From: a virus | Direction: 5' to 3' (one strand) | Length of the DNA: 64,000 bases | IMG/VR virus record: IMGVR_UViG_3300009703_000014 | Location: 2,236-66,235 of that record | Shown here: positions 14,375 to 26,997 of the stretch, one piece after another | Layout of the letters: every line of letters starts with the position of its first letter | How positions within the stretch are numbered: the first letter of the stretch is position 1 | The notes under the pieces: model-generated | Told to the model about the DNA's origin: nothing | The model's database searches: none | What the model saw: only the letters and a program-made list of their open reading frames with translations | Program-made: the position numbers and the translations under genes

Positions 14375-17300
14375 ATGGCAACTTATGAAAGTAGATTAAA
14401 TGTAAATGTTACAGGTAAGCCTATTTCAGGGGTACTGGGTGTTATTTATGATGCGGGCGAAAATAGAGTAGATGCGGACACCACTAATAAGTTAGGAGAG
14501 TACTCTTTTAAAAATTTAAATACAGGGCCTCATACTATAAAGTGGTTTGGACGAGGCTACACTGAAGCAGATTATATGACAGTTCATATAATCGATGAGT
14601 TAGACGCTAACGAGCTTCAAGACCTTACTTACACTACTACTCCCACATTATCCATAAGCGAAACGAGTGATGATAATTATACTAATTCAGCTGGAGAGCA
14701 AACAAGTGTAGCAGAACTTACTCTTTCTAATCTTATCCCTTCAACAGGTAATCTCCGTCAAATTGTAGTGGAATGAAAGCGGTCTGATAAAAATAGATTT
14801 GATAATTCTACCACTTTAATATATGACACATCACTTCCAAATATAAGCTCAACAGGCGCTGTAGGCACTTACGATTTATCGGTTATTATGTATAATACCG
14901 ACAGTTCTAGTTATGATTTTAAAATTAAGTTTTTAAGTGATGTATCTCAACCAGCTAAAATAAATGGGAATGTTATAGAGATTACAGGCACGGCCTCTTT
15001 TAACGGTGTTCCAGACTTACAAGAAATGATAAGTGTTTCAGGTTTAGCAGCATCTAATGTTTCTGCTATGCATGGTAATAATAGTATGGGGAGCGAATTA
15101 ATTAATAATGATGCCCAGGGAATACTAAACACAAACACAACTCCTTGATCAGAATTAAGTGCCCTAGGATCAGAACTTGTCCCTTCAAACAGTCCTTTTG
15201 TTGCATGAGGATCCGATAATTGGGATACTCTTAGCGAATCCAATGGAACCCATACTTTTAAAAGTAATGGTTCCGGATACTCATTAGCTGGAATAGATTT
15301 AAATTTTGGAAGTACTTTATCAGCAGAAAATAAACTTTTTAAGGTCTCTTTTACTATAAATGTTATATCTTTGGATACTGGCAATATTAGAGTGTACTTG
15401 GGATCAAGTAGCGGCGGATATACGGAAACATCCAGTACTAAATGGTTCGGTATCTCTGACATAGGAACTCCTGCTACTTACAGTGTATATATGAGTAAGG
15501 ATTATTATCAGGGATTTGATCACGGCCTTTTAGAAATTTGTACCGCGACAGATACAACTACCGCTATTGGGGAATGAACCCTTAGTAATGTTTCTGTTAA
15601 GGAGGTGCCTTTAGGGGTCTATGGAAGTGACTTAATAACTAACGGCCATTTTAACACAAATACTGCGGGGTGGAATAGCTATGATAGTGGAACAGTTTCC
15701 CATGAAACCTCAACTACTTTTGTAGGATCAGGAGCTTTGCGTTGTACCAACGACGGCACTAATCGTTGAATGGGAATGCAGGTAAGTGAAATGTCTCTAG
15801 CTGCGGGAAAAATTTATAAACTGTCTGCAAAAGTATGAATACCAAATACTTTTACTCCTAATGTACATATACGTTTTATAGATGGAGGGACTTTGGCAAA
15901 TGCATCGGATTCTTTCCTATATGCTAATTCTAACGTTACAGACGAATGACAAACTACAGAAACATACATTAAAACTGGAAGCGATACAAGCGGTAAATTT
16001 TATATATATGCGGCAACAAATCAGCCAGCAAACGGAGACTATATTATAGTAGATAATGTCTCTTTTAAAGAAGTTATACAAACTAACTTAGGCGCTAACA
16101 TGATTAGTAACTCGTATTTTAACACTCCAACATTGGGTAGTGAATTAATTACTAATGGAGGCTTTACTGCTTGGACTGGTGATGACCCTGATGGTTGGGA
16201 TGTCTCTACTGAATATACAGCCACAAAAATCACGCAGAATGGAAATGCTTGCAGGCTTTTATCAGACCCTAATGACCCAGCTTCGAGTACAGGTTTTATT
16301 GATATAGGGCAAGATATTTTAACAGCAGGGAAAACTTATAAAGTTTCAATAAATGTAACTGAAAATAATAGTGCTGCTGGGATGGACATAAGAATCCAAG
16401 ATGATAATGTTACCTCTTCTTTCATTATTGCTGGTATTTCTACTGTAGGTGTGCATACAGCATATTTTACATCTGCTAATGGAGGTGATTTTAGGATAAT
16501 AAGAGATACTTCTTCTCCTGATGGAATCGATATGACATTTACAGATGTTTCAGTTAAAGAAGTATTATCAGGTTCTATACTTGGTTGGTCAGGGAAAGAA
16601 GCCACATTAAGCTACGAAACCGTCGCCCCAATACAAGCACCGGGGAGCCTTAAATCTACAACACTTTCCAGCGGAAACTATGCATCTGGTGGCCCTTATC
16701 AAGATATAGGAATGACAACTCTTACCGCTTATAAGGTTAGTGGAAAGATGCGTTTGGTGTCCGGTTCAAGTAATGGAAAAGTTATGGTATTTTCAAGTCT
16801 ATCTAATGGTACAAGTCAAAGTCTTGTATATAGCGATGAAGTCAACACTTTAACTGTCAATGGGTCTTCTGTGTATTTTTCCTTTATTTTTTATAACTAT
16901 AACGGTAATCCTAGTATACAGTTTGCATGCGACGTCGCAGACGGCGTATTTTTGTTAGACGATATTTGAGTAGCAGAAGTTTTAGACAATCCTTTAGTAT
17001 CGATAGGCAGTAACAATTCTTTTAATTTTACAAATAATGGATATTGGAATAGTTTGAGATACTTCATAAGTGGCACTGGAAATAAAAATTATAGAATTAG
17101 CTTAAAAGTGTCTGATTATAGTTCCGGAACTTTAAAGTTATATCAAGACACAAATCCAGATACTTTAATACCTTCTGCTAATATAACAGCAGATGGTGAC
17201 TATAGTTTTTCATATTCGACTGTGGACTCTAATTTTTTAATACAGTTATCTACTGGGGATTTCATAGGAACTGTTTCTAACATATCGGTCAGAGAAGATT

Positions 17301-17668
17301 TAACTACCGATAATCCCTCTTATGTTAATACCAGTAGTCTAAATTTAGTTTGGGATTCTATAAACTCCTTTTCATCCTATCCACAAGATGTGGTAGATGC
17401 TACAGGAGTGACTCATACTTTAACCGAAGAGCAGGCTAATAGAGCGGGAACATATAATATTTACATGTTTATTGCTTCCGAGCAAGATAATCCTTCAAGT
17501 GAGTTTCCTGGAATATCTAGTTCAGAGGGCACATGACATAAAGTAGGAGAAACTTCAGACACTAATTATGAAGTTAATTGTCCTATTAATTCTGCTGTAG
17601 GTTTTTGGGTAGGATTTATGGATGATAGCAGACAAACATCTGTTACAACTACAGAGGCAGTATACTAA
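14375..17668 (+). CDS. Tail/adhesin protein with tandem CBM4/9-like (galactose-binding fold) modules (1097 aa, about 9 TGA=Trp)
   Basis: Repeated GS(D/E)LITNGxF...W module starts and (D/T)(N/D)VS(V/F)KEV module ends; the frame is continuous only with TGA read. Confidence 0.8.
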
Positions 17669-18369
17669 TGGGTTATATTGGACTATTTAATATACAGCCA
17701 GATCCTGAAGTAGGTTCTTTTGGATCTGGAAATATTTATACATCACTTACTGAAATAAACAGTTTGTCATATGCCGACAGTATACATAAAATTATTGAAC
17801 AGGCTCAAAAAGAAGGTAATTTTGTTGCTCCTATTGTGGTAGATAATTTAAACATTGTTGAAGACCAAACTTTTCAAGGCGCAGAGGGAGTCTGTATAGA
17901 GGCCAAAGTTTGAGGAGACTCTTTAGCACAAAATTCAAGTACGGAAGTAGCTGTTGCTGACATTACAGGTACTTTAAAATATAATGTATTTACTAAAGAC
18001 GTATACCTTACTTCTGTCGGCATGAATTGATTAGATTACCTAGTACCTGGGAAGTCTGCCTTAACAATAGGGGGGCTGAGCGGCTCTTTCCCTGTCACAG
18101 AAGTTTTAAGTTCTAATGTGGCGATAGTTACCAAAGGGTCTAATTTGGCTCTTAATTTAGGTGTATATGAAACAGCCAGTTTTTCTGCAAATATGGTTTT
18201 TACTACTAATGAGTTTATAGGAGACTACCTATTAGATTCAGCAGGGACTTTATTTGAAATAACCGCAAATACTTTGAATACTTTAACTTTAAGTAATAGC
18301 TCTGGAGCATCCATAGCTTTAGGACCTTGATTAATTATAGATGATAATAATGTTATACAAGGAGTTTAA
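17668..18369 (+). CDS. Hypothetical tail protein (233 aa, 3 TGA=Trp)
   Basis: TAATG overlap with the previous gene; in-frame join of pieces 17668 and 18118. Confidence 0.7.
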
Positions 18370-18371
18370 AG

Positions 18372-19460
18372 GTGTCTGCTATTTTAAATTATAAGGACTC
18401 CACTACTGGTGAGTTATATAAACCTTTAAACAATAATTACATTTCTAAAGGAGTTGATAAGTACGAGGTTAAAAAAAGGACTCTTCCTCATGTCGTAACT
18501 AAAAAAAGAATTGAAGGTGATTTAGATGGGTCGGATGGTAGACGTCATAAGATAGTTTGGCAAGAGTACAAAGGACTTACTAACTGAAGTGGGCAATCTC
18601 AAACTGGTAACAAAATAATATATAGTCATAAGGCTCCCGGCACCTATTTAGATTTGGAAATTACTTCTTTTGTGGATGACCATATAGTCAAGGAATATAA
18701 GGCGTATGATAGGTATGGGATGCGGCACATACAGGGCGAAAGCTTTACACTTTTAGGTGACTATAACTACCACAGACAAGGAAATTTCTTTTATCATAGG
18801 TCACCCGCTTTTCAAGGAAATGCTTACAGCTTTTATATAGAAAATCCTATATTAAAAATTAAGGACGCTGCTGGCGTAGTAACAACTCATTTGATAGACT
18901 ATACTTTAGAAGGGACAGGAAATAAAACATTATTAACTTTGGATTTTAGATCAGTAGGAAGTTATGTTAAAACTGCCTTTGATAATAATTGTCAATGGGT
19001 GTCTGTGATGCATATTATCCGATCAGCCATTTCTTTAAATGAGCATGATTACACTACTGGGGATGTTTTAGATGATCAAAGGTCTACAGGGACCGATGAT
19101 CGTTTAAATGAGCTGCCCTCCACAAACTATTATTATGCGACTAAAGGCAGGTTCTTACCTTTACTTGTATACCAGTTTATTTGAGAGTTTACTCCCTCAA
19201 AGTATGGGGCAGACTTAAGTACAGTACAAGGGAGACATAAAATAAATGGAATTTGGACAGCCTGATACGATCTAAGTGATTTTTATACAAATAAAGACTT
19301 GATAAATGCTGTGAAAGATAGTTATATTAAATCTACAGTATATAAAATGATGCCTATAATTCCTGGTATATTTAACGGGACAGAGGTTCAAATTAGGTAC
19401 GATGATGATAAAGGTACAAGGCATACATCAAATATAAGTACTAATATAGGACAGCTTTAA
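18372..19460 (+). CDS. Hypothetical tail protein (362 aa, 3 TGA=Trp)
   Basis: GTG start after GGAG; joins pieces 18372 and 18654; TAA overlaps the next ATG. Confidence 0.7.
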
Positions 19461-20137
19461 TGTCAATAATACTGCAGTACTTTAAAAAACGTAAATCTCC
19501 AAGCGGGGGATGAGTAGACTTAACAGCGGTTCAAAATAGTTTAGGCCCCTATGATTTTAAGTTTAGGGTGAGCAGTGGAAGTGGTGCATACGTTAACCCT
19601 TCTTTCAGCACAGTTTGGGCTACTTTATCGAGCGTTGGGGGGGAGCCTGTTTACTATGGAAGTTTTTATACAAACGCAGAGTGTACGCAATCTCTTTCAG
19701 GAGGTACATATAACCCTGTATGGGCAAAAGTAGTGGTTCCTATAAACTTTAGTGAGGGTTTTGAGGTAAATACTATATCGTTTCATTATACTTTTTTTAG
19801 TACAAATGAATCAAGTAGTCAAGTTTTTAGCTGTGATATAACGCCCCCAATACATACAACAGGCGTTTTAACAGTGTCTTCTGTTAGCGGTGGGTCAATT
19901 CCCGATGGGACTTGAACTGTTAAAAACGATCCTATAATATCTGCTATGCTGCAAGATGCTACTACCTCCCCTAAGGGAGTGTCTATGATTGTATGTAGAG
20001 GAGAAAATGATATATTACCTGACGAAGACGAGGTGACTAATGACGGAGGAGCTTTTATTGAAGCTTATTACCTATTTGGGGAAAATTATGGGTGTACATG
20101 AAATTATGATGACGACGGATCTTTACCGTCTGGATAA
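19460..20137 (+). CDS. Hypothetical tail protein (225 aa, 3 TGA=Trp)
   Basis: TAATG-coupled start; continuous frame to TAA 20135. Confidence 0.7.
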
Positions 20138-20155
20138 AACAATGGAGAATAAATA

Positions 20156-22006
20156 ATGGCAACATTACCAGAAGGAACAAATATAATTAAAGTAAAGGCA
20201 GTAGACGCCGTAGGTAACTGAACTACAGTAGATGGTGTAAAATCACATACAATAAAAGTAGACACCGTAGCACCTGCAGCTACTAATGCTGCAGGAACTA
20301 CATTTAATGCTTGAAGTAATGCCGACCCGGGAGATTCAACAGCAGTAATAGGCTATAACGCTCCACAATGTGAAATAGGTGGAAAAGTCGTTGCTCCTGG
20401 AAGTGGAAGCTGGCTTAGCAGCGCAAACGATGGTGACCTGTCTTTTAGCATATGAACAGTAGACTCTAATTTAAGTGGGACAGCTCCTAAAACCGACTCC
20501 TCTGGGTTAAAAGCTGTTGCTTCTTCTGCGGCGAGTCCTGCTACTGTAACTTTACATAATAGTTCAGGGGCCGAAATCAAAGTAACTAGATTAACAACTC
20601 CTGCGAAAAACGGCGGCGAATGAGGACAATTATCTAGTACGAATATAGGTGATCTGGAAAGCGACGTACCAGAATGCTCTGCAGCTTCTCCAAATTATAT
20701 AGTAGTAAAGGGTGTGAAAGATAAGGCAGGTAATGTGTCCGGCGATTCTCCGCAGTTTCCAGTTTTACGAGATACCTCCGCCCAAGTATACGGAACTCCA
20801 AACTATCAAGTTAGCAACGACAGCACTAACTGATCAGCACCCTCAGGTTTATGAATTAATACTAATGATTTTGAAATTGCATGGAATGTTCAAGACCAGT
20901 ACTCTGGACCTGAAAAAATTGATATAAGTTTTTGGTTCAATGCTACTAAAGAAGGGGAAGCAACGAACGCGAACGTTGTTGGGCTTAATGTGGGAGGCAC
21001 CGCAGTCCAAACTATTACAGCAAGCACAAATACCAATGGTTTGGCCAATACTACAGCCATTCCTGATTCTCTAGACATTAGTAATGCTGGCATATCGCAG
21101 CTTTCTTTTAAGTATGCTTTAGAGGATGTTGCGGGTAACAGATCAACGTATTCTCAAAACATAGTTTTAAAGAAAGACACTGCAGCGCCAACCGTAACAA
21201 GTTTGTCTAATAATTTTTTATGAGTGCATTACTATACTGATATAAATGCTGATCCAGGCTCTTGATGGTCTAATGATGACACTCCTACAGTCAGTTTTAT
21301 TCTAGAAGACCCGTCTTCTGGAGTAGTTCCAGAAGACATTAAATACGCATACTGTCCCGATGTGGGCAACTCTCCAGCATTTTTGGGAAATAATGGGGTC
21401 GAAATATCGCCTACTAAAAATGGATTTAATGGGAAGGTAGTACTATACAGCCTCTCAGGAATAAGTGGGGGCTCAGATATAGATACTTCAGGGGCTGTGC
21501 CTTCAGTGTATAAAGAGGGTACTCCTGACTCTGGTAACTATGATACTCTTGTATCTGGCAGTACTCCTGTTCAAAGGGTAAAGGTTGAATTTACAACTCC
21601 CGCGTATACAACCGCGTCTGGCCATAGTGCCTCTGATAACTTATGAGCTAATTTATGAATAGGATGGAGGGACGCTGCCGGTAATGCAGATTATCGTTGG
21701 GGGTGGATTGATATTGATTCTGCTGCAGATGTGCCTAGTATTGCAGCTTTTACGGACTCAGGGCAGGGCACAAGCATTAATGATGGCGATTGAACACAGG
21801 ATACTACTCCTTACTTTGTACTAGGGGCTGAAAGCACTCCTGCTACAGCAATTTCAGGATTTTCGATTTACACAGAAGACCCCAACTCTACAGCAGGTTT
21901 AGTTCCAGATGAGGACATTGAAATTTATGCTACTAATAATTCAGGAAGCTGGGATGTGGCGACTGCTTCAGGCATCTACAACGACGAAAATAATGATGCT
22001 GTGTAA
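20156..22006 (+). CDS. Ig-like repeat (Big-type) virion protein (616 aa, about 11 TGA=Trp)
   Basis: Repeated D(A/K/V)(A/V)GN...(V/K)DT(V/A)AP Ig-linker motifs; GGAG RBS; almost invisible in the standard-code ORF track. Confidence 0.8.
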
Positions 22007-22440
22007 TGGCTCAATTTCAAAATGGAATAAATACGCTAAAAGTTCGCATAGTAGATATATTTGGTAATGTGTCTAGGATGTATGGGAGCCTTGATCTTTT
22101 TGTAGACTCAGGCAATCCCGCAATTATGGGTTTTAATGCCACTTTTTTAAAAGAGAACTCTGCCCAAGTTAAGGTAGGGTTTTCTGCTATAAGTGATGCT
22201 TTTTCTGGACCATCTACTATTTGAAAAATTGAATTAAAAACTTTAGAGGATACTTTATTGTCTACTACAAGCATATTAACAGAGATAAAAGAAACTGTCT
22301 TAAATGTGAATGCAGCATATCCTCTTATTAAAGTAGTTGGAAGCTTCTTTGATGTTGCAGGCAACACCACAAGTATTGAGCGTATAATATCTAAATCTTC
22401 TTCTGTCCATTCAGGGCAGCAAGGTATCTCAGGCTTATAA
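22006..22440 (+). CDS. Ig-like virion protein (144 aa, 1 TGA=Trp)
   Basis: DIFGN...VDSGNP and DVAGN motifs; TAATG coupling at both ends. Confidence 0.7.
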
Positions 22441-24284
22441 TGTCAATCTCCACAAACAGAATAATTTTTGATCACACTGTAGCAGGTAAAAAGTATGTGG
22501 TGAAAATCAAGCCCATTAGATCAGATGGGAGGAATACCTCATATACTGATTATGTCAAAGTAGTAAGCGGCGATATATCTCCTTTAAGTACTTTGACTTC
22601 CTTATCGTCCTCTTTTACAGGAGCAGAAACCGAGAATGCAGTCTCTGCCTCAATCAATAACTTTAATTACCCTTTAGAATATCTCAACACTCACTGACGT
22701 TTACAAAAAACCTCTGATAAAGTACAAATTAATTCCTTTTTAACGACTGCTGATATAGGTGTCGGAGACGCTGCTATACCTTATACGTCTTTAAGCGGAG
22801 TAAGCCAAGCAAGCTCCCAAGTACGAGCAATGGATTATATTTGAATGGATGACGAGTTGATTCAAATAACTTCTGTAGATGCATCACAGTGAGAAGTCAC
22901 TAGAGGAGCTTTAAATACTGCAGCTTCTACCCATTTGGCTGATTCAGCTATTTATAAAGAGGTTCCACCCCATGCCTACAGTGTGCCGACTACAGTCAGC
23001 GATACCCTGACCGAAAGCTTTCAAACTACACCACAAGACACTTCTTTTATATATGCAAGATGGCAAAATAAATTTGGGTATTTATCGGAGTGGGAGTTAA
23101 TACATAAAGGGACCGCCCCCAAATCAAACGCACAAAATTTAGCAGAGTCCTCATTAAACGAGTTTTCGACTCAAGTAGGAAATAACCTATTACAAAATTG
23201 GTCCTTTGAAAACGTAAAAGGAACAGGGGTTGACGCAAAGTCTTGGGATATAACACCTCCTACATATTCTAATGTATCTACCTTAAAGTCTTTTACATAC
23301 TCTGGTTTAGGGCTGTCGTATGATTACTACTTGGGAGACCGTTTAGGGGCTTTTTCTGCCGGGATTACGGTTGGAGCTTCTGGAGAGTGGGGCGCCTTTA
23401 CTCCGCATGAAAGTACCTTATCTACTTCTGTAGTGTTGCATCCTAATGTTACAAAATACAGCTTGCATTTTAGATCTGCTTATGGAATACTTCCTACAGA
23501 TTTAAGCGCAGCCTATATAGGTAACCTGCCGCCTTTAAATAAAGCCCCTATTATAAAAGCATTGCTTTATGAATATACGGACATAGATGGCACTACACCG
23601 AACGGCACTATAGTACAGTCCTCGGATGCTTTTAAGCTAGCTAATATAAAAGGTAAGAGTTTCTCTGCCTCTTTTAGTAACTTTGATTCTTCTACTAAAT
23701 CTTTTAGAATAGGATTCAGGCTGAGCGTATACAATAAAATCCCTATAACATTTACAGGTTCTATTCAGAATGGAGGGACTATAGGGGCCTCTGTAGGGAA
23801 TATATGGGCATATTTAGATGCAGCAAGTTTGTGTACAGGCGAACTACGAGCAGGGTTAGGACCTTTTATATTAACAGAAGATCACCAAAGTGCCGCGGAT
23901 ATAGCTGAAAAATATATATGTAGAGGAAATGCAGAAGAGGGAGATATAGTTTGCTTTGATGAGCCTATTAATGGAAATCCCTCTGTTAGAGTAGCAAACA
24001 AGGAGGCCGCTGATGGCAGGCCTTTGATGTGTGTGTCAGAAAACTACTTTTTTAGTCTACAGGATGAAATGAGCAAGGCCCCTGAAAACTTTAACACTAT
24101 AAATATAGGTTTAACAGGCAGGGTGCTCTGTAAAGTGCAAGGCCCCATACAGGTGAATGACCCCATAACTTTATTAGACAAGGGCATAGGAACTAAAGCT
24201 AATAAGGGCGACTACGTTTTAGGATACGCTATAACAAACCATTTAGAAGAGACAGCTGGAGCAGTATACCTACTAGTAAAATAA
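22440..24284 (+). CDS. Tail fibre/spike with C-terminal intramolecular-chaperone-like domain (614 aa, 3 TGA=Trp)
   Basis: I[W]MDDELIQIT...[W]EVTRGALNTAASTH motif; C-terminal ADIAEKY...GDIV...LTGRVLCKV.GPI..ND...GYA pattern. Confidence 0.75.
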
Positions 24285-24285
24285 T

Positions 24286-25335
24286 ATGCCTACAAAAAAT
24301 GTAAAACAAACTATATCTATAGTCCCTATAATTAAAGCGGATAAATTATCTGAACTTTCATGGGAAGGGTCAGATGAGTCTCTTTTATGGAGAATGCTTG
24401 ACCCACTTATAACGAGTGTAAACTTGCTCGAATCGGATGTAAGTAACTTTCAAGGAGCTATAGATAAGCTAGAAGACTATACCTACATTAGTGGTTTAGA
24501 CGCTGACTACCTATCAAAAACCAATACTATACTTTATACCCCTACATTAGATTATCACCCTGCAACAAAAAAATATGTTGACGATTCTTCTGGGGGCAGT
24601 GGGTCCTATACACTTCCTACAGCCAGTTCTTCTGTATTAGGGGGCATTAAGATAGGTGCAAATTTAAGCATAGACGGTTCAAGTGTTTTATCTTCCACAG
24701 ATACTAATACAACATACTCAATACAAGACGGGGAGCTTTCTCAGAATAATTTAACTACTGCGTTAAAAGGTAATTATGATACTGCTTATACACACTCCCA
24801 AGCCTCTCATGCTCCATCTACCGCAGAAGCAAATGTACAATCAGATTGGAACTCTGCTAGTGGCGATTCACTAATACTTAATAAGCCGACGTTGCAAAAA
24901 GGATGGCACGGACATACGGATAGAGTTAAATTGCTGGTTACGGATTTTTTACCGTCTGATGCGTCTTCTACTTACAATTTAGGTGTGTACGACTACAGCT
25001 TAGCCCTCAATGCCTTAAAAGGAATGTCGACTTCCTTAGACTTCTATGGTTATAAGGAGATTCCAAGCGGGTATAAAGCTACAAGTCTTACTTTGTATGT
25101 CTATCATAAGTTTGCTTCAGACTCCACAGCAATTACTGTGTATGAGGGGTTCATAGACTCTAGTACTGCAGTATCAAAGGGAACCGCTAACGCTACTGGA
25201 AGTCTCGCTAATTTTACATTTACATTAGATTTTGTAGATTTTAATTCGACTGATACTAATCAAATAATGATACATATAGATCCTGCCTCAACATTTAGGT
25301 TATATGGTGGCTACATATCAATATCAGAGATTTAA
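24286..25335 (+). CDS. Tail/head fibre protein (349 aa)
   Basis: YHPATKKYVD and YTLPTASSSVLGGIKIG fibre motifs. Confidence 0.75.
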   Translation: MPTKNVKQTISIVPIIKADKLSELSWEGSDESLLWRMLDPLITSVNLLESDVSNFQGAIDKLEDYTYISGLDADYLSKTNTILYTPTLDYHPATKKYVDDSSGGSGSYTLPTASSSVLGGIKIGANLSIDGSSVLSSTDTNTTYSIQDGELSQNNLTTALKGNYDTAYTHSQASHAPSTAEANVQSDWNSASGDSLILNKPTLQKGWHGHTDRVKLLVTDFLPSDASSTYNLGVYDYSLALNALKGMSTSLDFYGYKEIPSGYKATSLTLYVYHKFASDSTAITVYEGFIDSSTAVSKGTANATGSLANFTFTLDFVDFNSTDTNQIMIHIDPASTFRLYGGYISISEI

Positions 25336-25733
25336 TGTTTAGGCTGGCAATATTATTGTTATTATTTTTAAGTTGTGAAAATACCATAACAAATACTGTC
25401 TACGAACCTATACATTTAGAAGAAATATTTGAAACTAATGAAACTATACAATGAAATATTGATATGCAATATGGGTATTTTATTAAATCTTACTCAGAGA
25501 TAACACAGAGGGTAGACGGAGTATATGATTCTATTTGGTACCATACAAAATACTTTTTAGAAGACTCTTTACTATCAGAAGACTCTGTATTATATAGACA
25601 TGGGTGGGGTAAGTTTTGGGAAGTAACAGAGTTTCAAGAAGTCGGATCTAAAGGATTCGCAATAGGGGAATCAGATTTTTATCCAATGGTTTTCTCTTTA
25701 GATGTATACTCATGGATATCAATAGGAGAATAA
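25335..25733 (+). CDS. Putative lipoprotein (132 aa, 1 TGA=Trp)
   Basis: MFRLAILLLLFLSC lipobox-type signal, in frame with the 25464 piece through TGA. Confidence 0.65.
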
Positions 25734-25734
25734 T

Positions 25735-26160
25735 ATGGCAACTTTAAATACGGGTCTCGGCACATCTGAGATAACAGAAACCAGTCTAAGAAACTTAATG
25801 GATCACTTGTATGTTAGCGAAGGGGATAGCCTACACGCAGATGGGTATGAACTTAATGAGAACGGAGAGCCGACGGACATTCAATCTGTAAATATTATGA
25901 AAGTTGCGGAGAATATGCGCAGTCAGATAGAAGCTCTTCGAACTGAGGTTGAATTACTACATGCTTTTATTGTAGATGCCTTTGGAGTAGACAGCACTAG
26001 TGCCACCTCTCAAGGAGCTACAGGAGCTACAGGTCCGACGGGAGCTACAGGAGCAGCAGGAAACTCCCATTTAAGCAGCTGGTCTCTTACGGATGCGGGA
26101 CGGGGATCCCTCACTATAAGCGACGGGACAACTAGTTGAACTATTACTGGCGGGCGTTAA
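25735..26160 (+). CDS. Short collagen-like repeat protein (141 aa, 1 TGA=Trp)
   Basis: GATGATGPTGATGAAG G-X-Y run. Confidence 0.7.
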
Positions 26161-26236
26161 AATAAGTTTGATTTTTAGTTTGAAAATACTTATATTTAAG
26201 TATAAAGGCTTTTAACATATAACCGATAAAATAATA

Positions 26237-26443
26237 ATGGCAAAAAAAGAAAATACTTTAGAGACTAAATTAGAGAAGCTTACCTTAGAAAATAAGGGGC
26301 GTGTTGCTCAAGTAGAGCAGTGGAACACTAATATAGTACAATTAAAAGAGGAAATAAATAAAGCAAAAGAGGCACATGATTATACTAGGGGGCAGATAGA
26401 GCTCCTAACTCAGATGATTAGTGAGGCTGGTGACAATCAATAA
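26237..26443 (+). CDS. Small coiled-coil protein (68 aa)
   Basis: ORF track; heptad-rich; follows an AT-rich intergenic gap. Confidence 0.65.
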   Translation: MAKKENTLETKLEKLTLENKGRVAQVEQWNTNIVQLKEEINKAKEAHDYTRGQIELLTQMISEAGDNQ

Positions 26444-26711
26444 TTTAAAGTATATTTTTAAAAAGTTACTATACTTTTTAAATTATGCTTTAGTAGTGTA
26501 TATATTTTCTAAATTTACAAACGCTGATTCAGCTGAAATAAAAAAAATAAGAGCAAAAATTAAACAGCTTAGTGTAGAAAAAAAGCGTTTAGAAAGTAAT
26601 CTACACACCTTAAAAAGTAAAAAGGAGTTAAAGAGCATTGAAAAAGAAATTGAAAGAATGGTTCCTAAAGAAAAGATTGCTCTTTTCTCTGATTTGCTTA
26701 GTAAGCTTTAA
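26421..26711 (+). CDS. Membrane-anchored coiled-coil protein, possible spanin/lysis accessory (96 aa)
   Basis: N-terminal hydrophobic helix followed by coiled coil; lies upstream of the endolysin. Function is inference. Confidence 0.5.
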   Translation: MRLVTINNLKYIFKKLLYFLNYALVVYIFSKFTNADSAEIKKIRAKIKQLSVEKKRLESNLHTLKSKKELKSIEKEIERMVPKEKIALFSDLLSKL

Positions 26712-26997
26712 TGTGGCGCAGGAATGGGCAGATGACTCTACTATTGTATTTACAAAGGTAGAGTTTGATGCTCTTTTAGTAAAAATGCAGGACTGTGTGT
26801 CTACAAAATACTATTGGGAATCCCTGTCTCTACAGCAAGACTCTTTAATAAATTTGCAAGACTCCCTTATAGCTCAGTATGAATATAAGGATAACTTAGT
26901 GGCACCTTTTTATAAACAAAAGTGGTTCCATAATTTAATGTTTACTTTAACAGGAATGGTAATAAAAGACAAAATAGAGGAAGCAATTAATGACTAG
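26638..26997 (+). CDS. Exported/membrane protein, possible lysis accessory (119 aa)
   Basis: Signal-like N-terminus and hydrophobic C-terminal segment; overlaps the previous gene. Confidence 0.5.
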   Translation: MKKKLKEWFLKKRLLFSLICLVSFNVAQEWADDSTIVFTKVEFDALLVKMQDCVSTKYYWESLSLQQDSLINLQDSLIAQYEYKDNLVAPFYKQKWFHNLMFTLTGMVIKDKIEEAIND

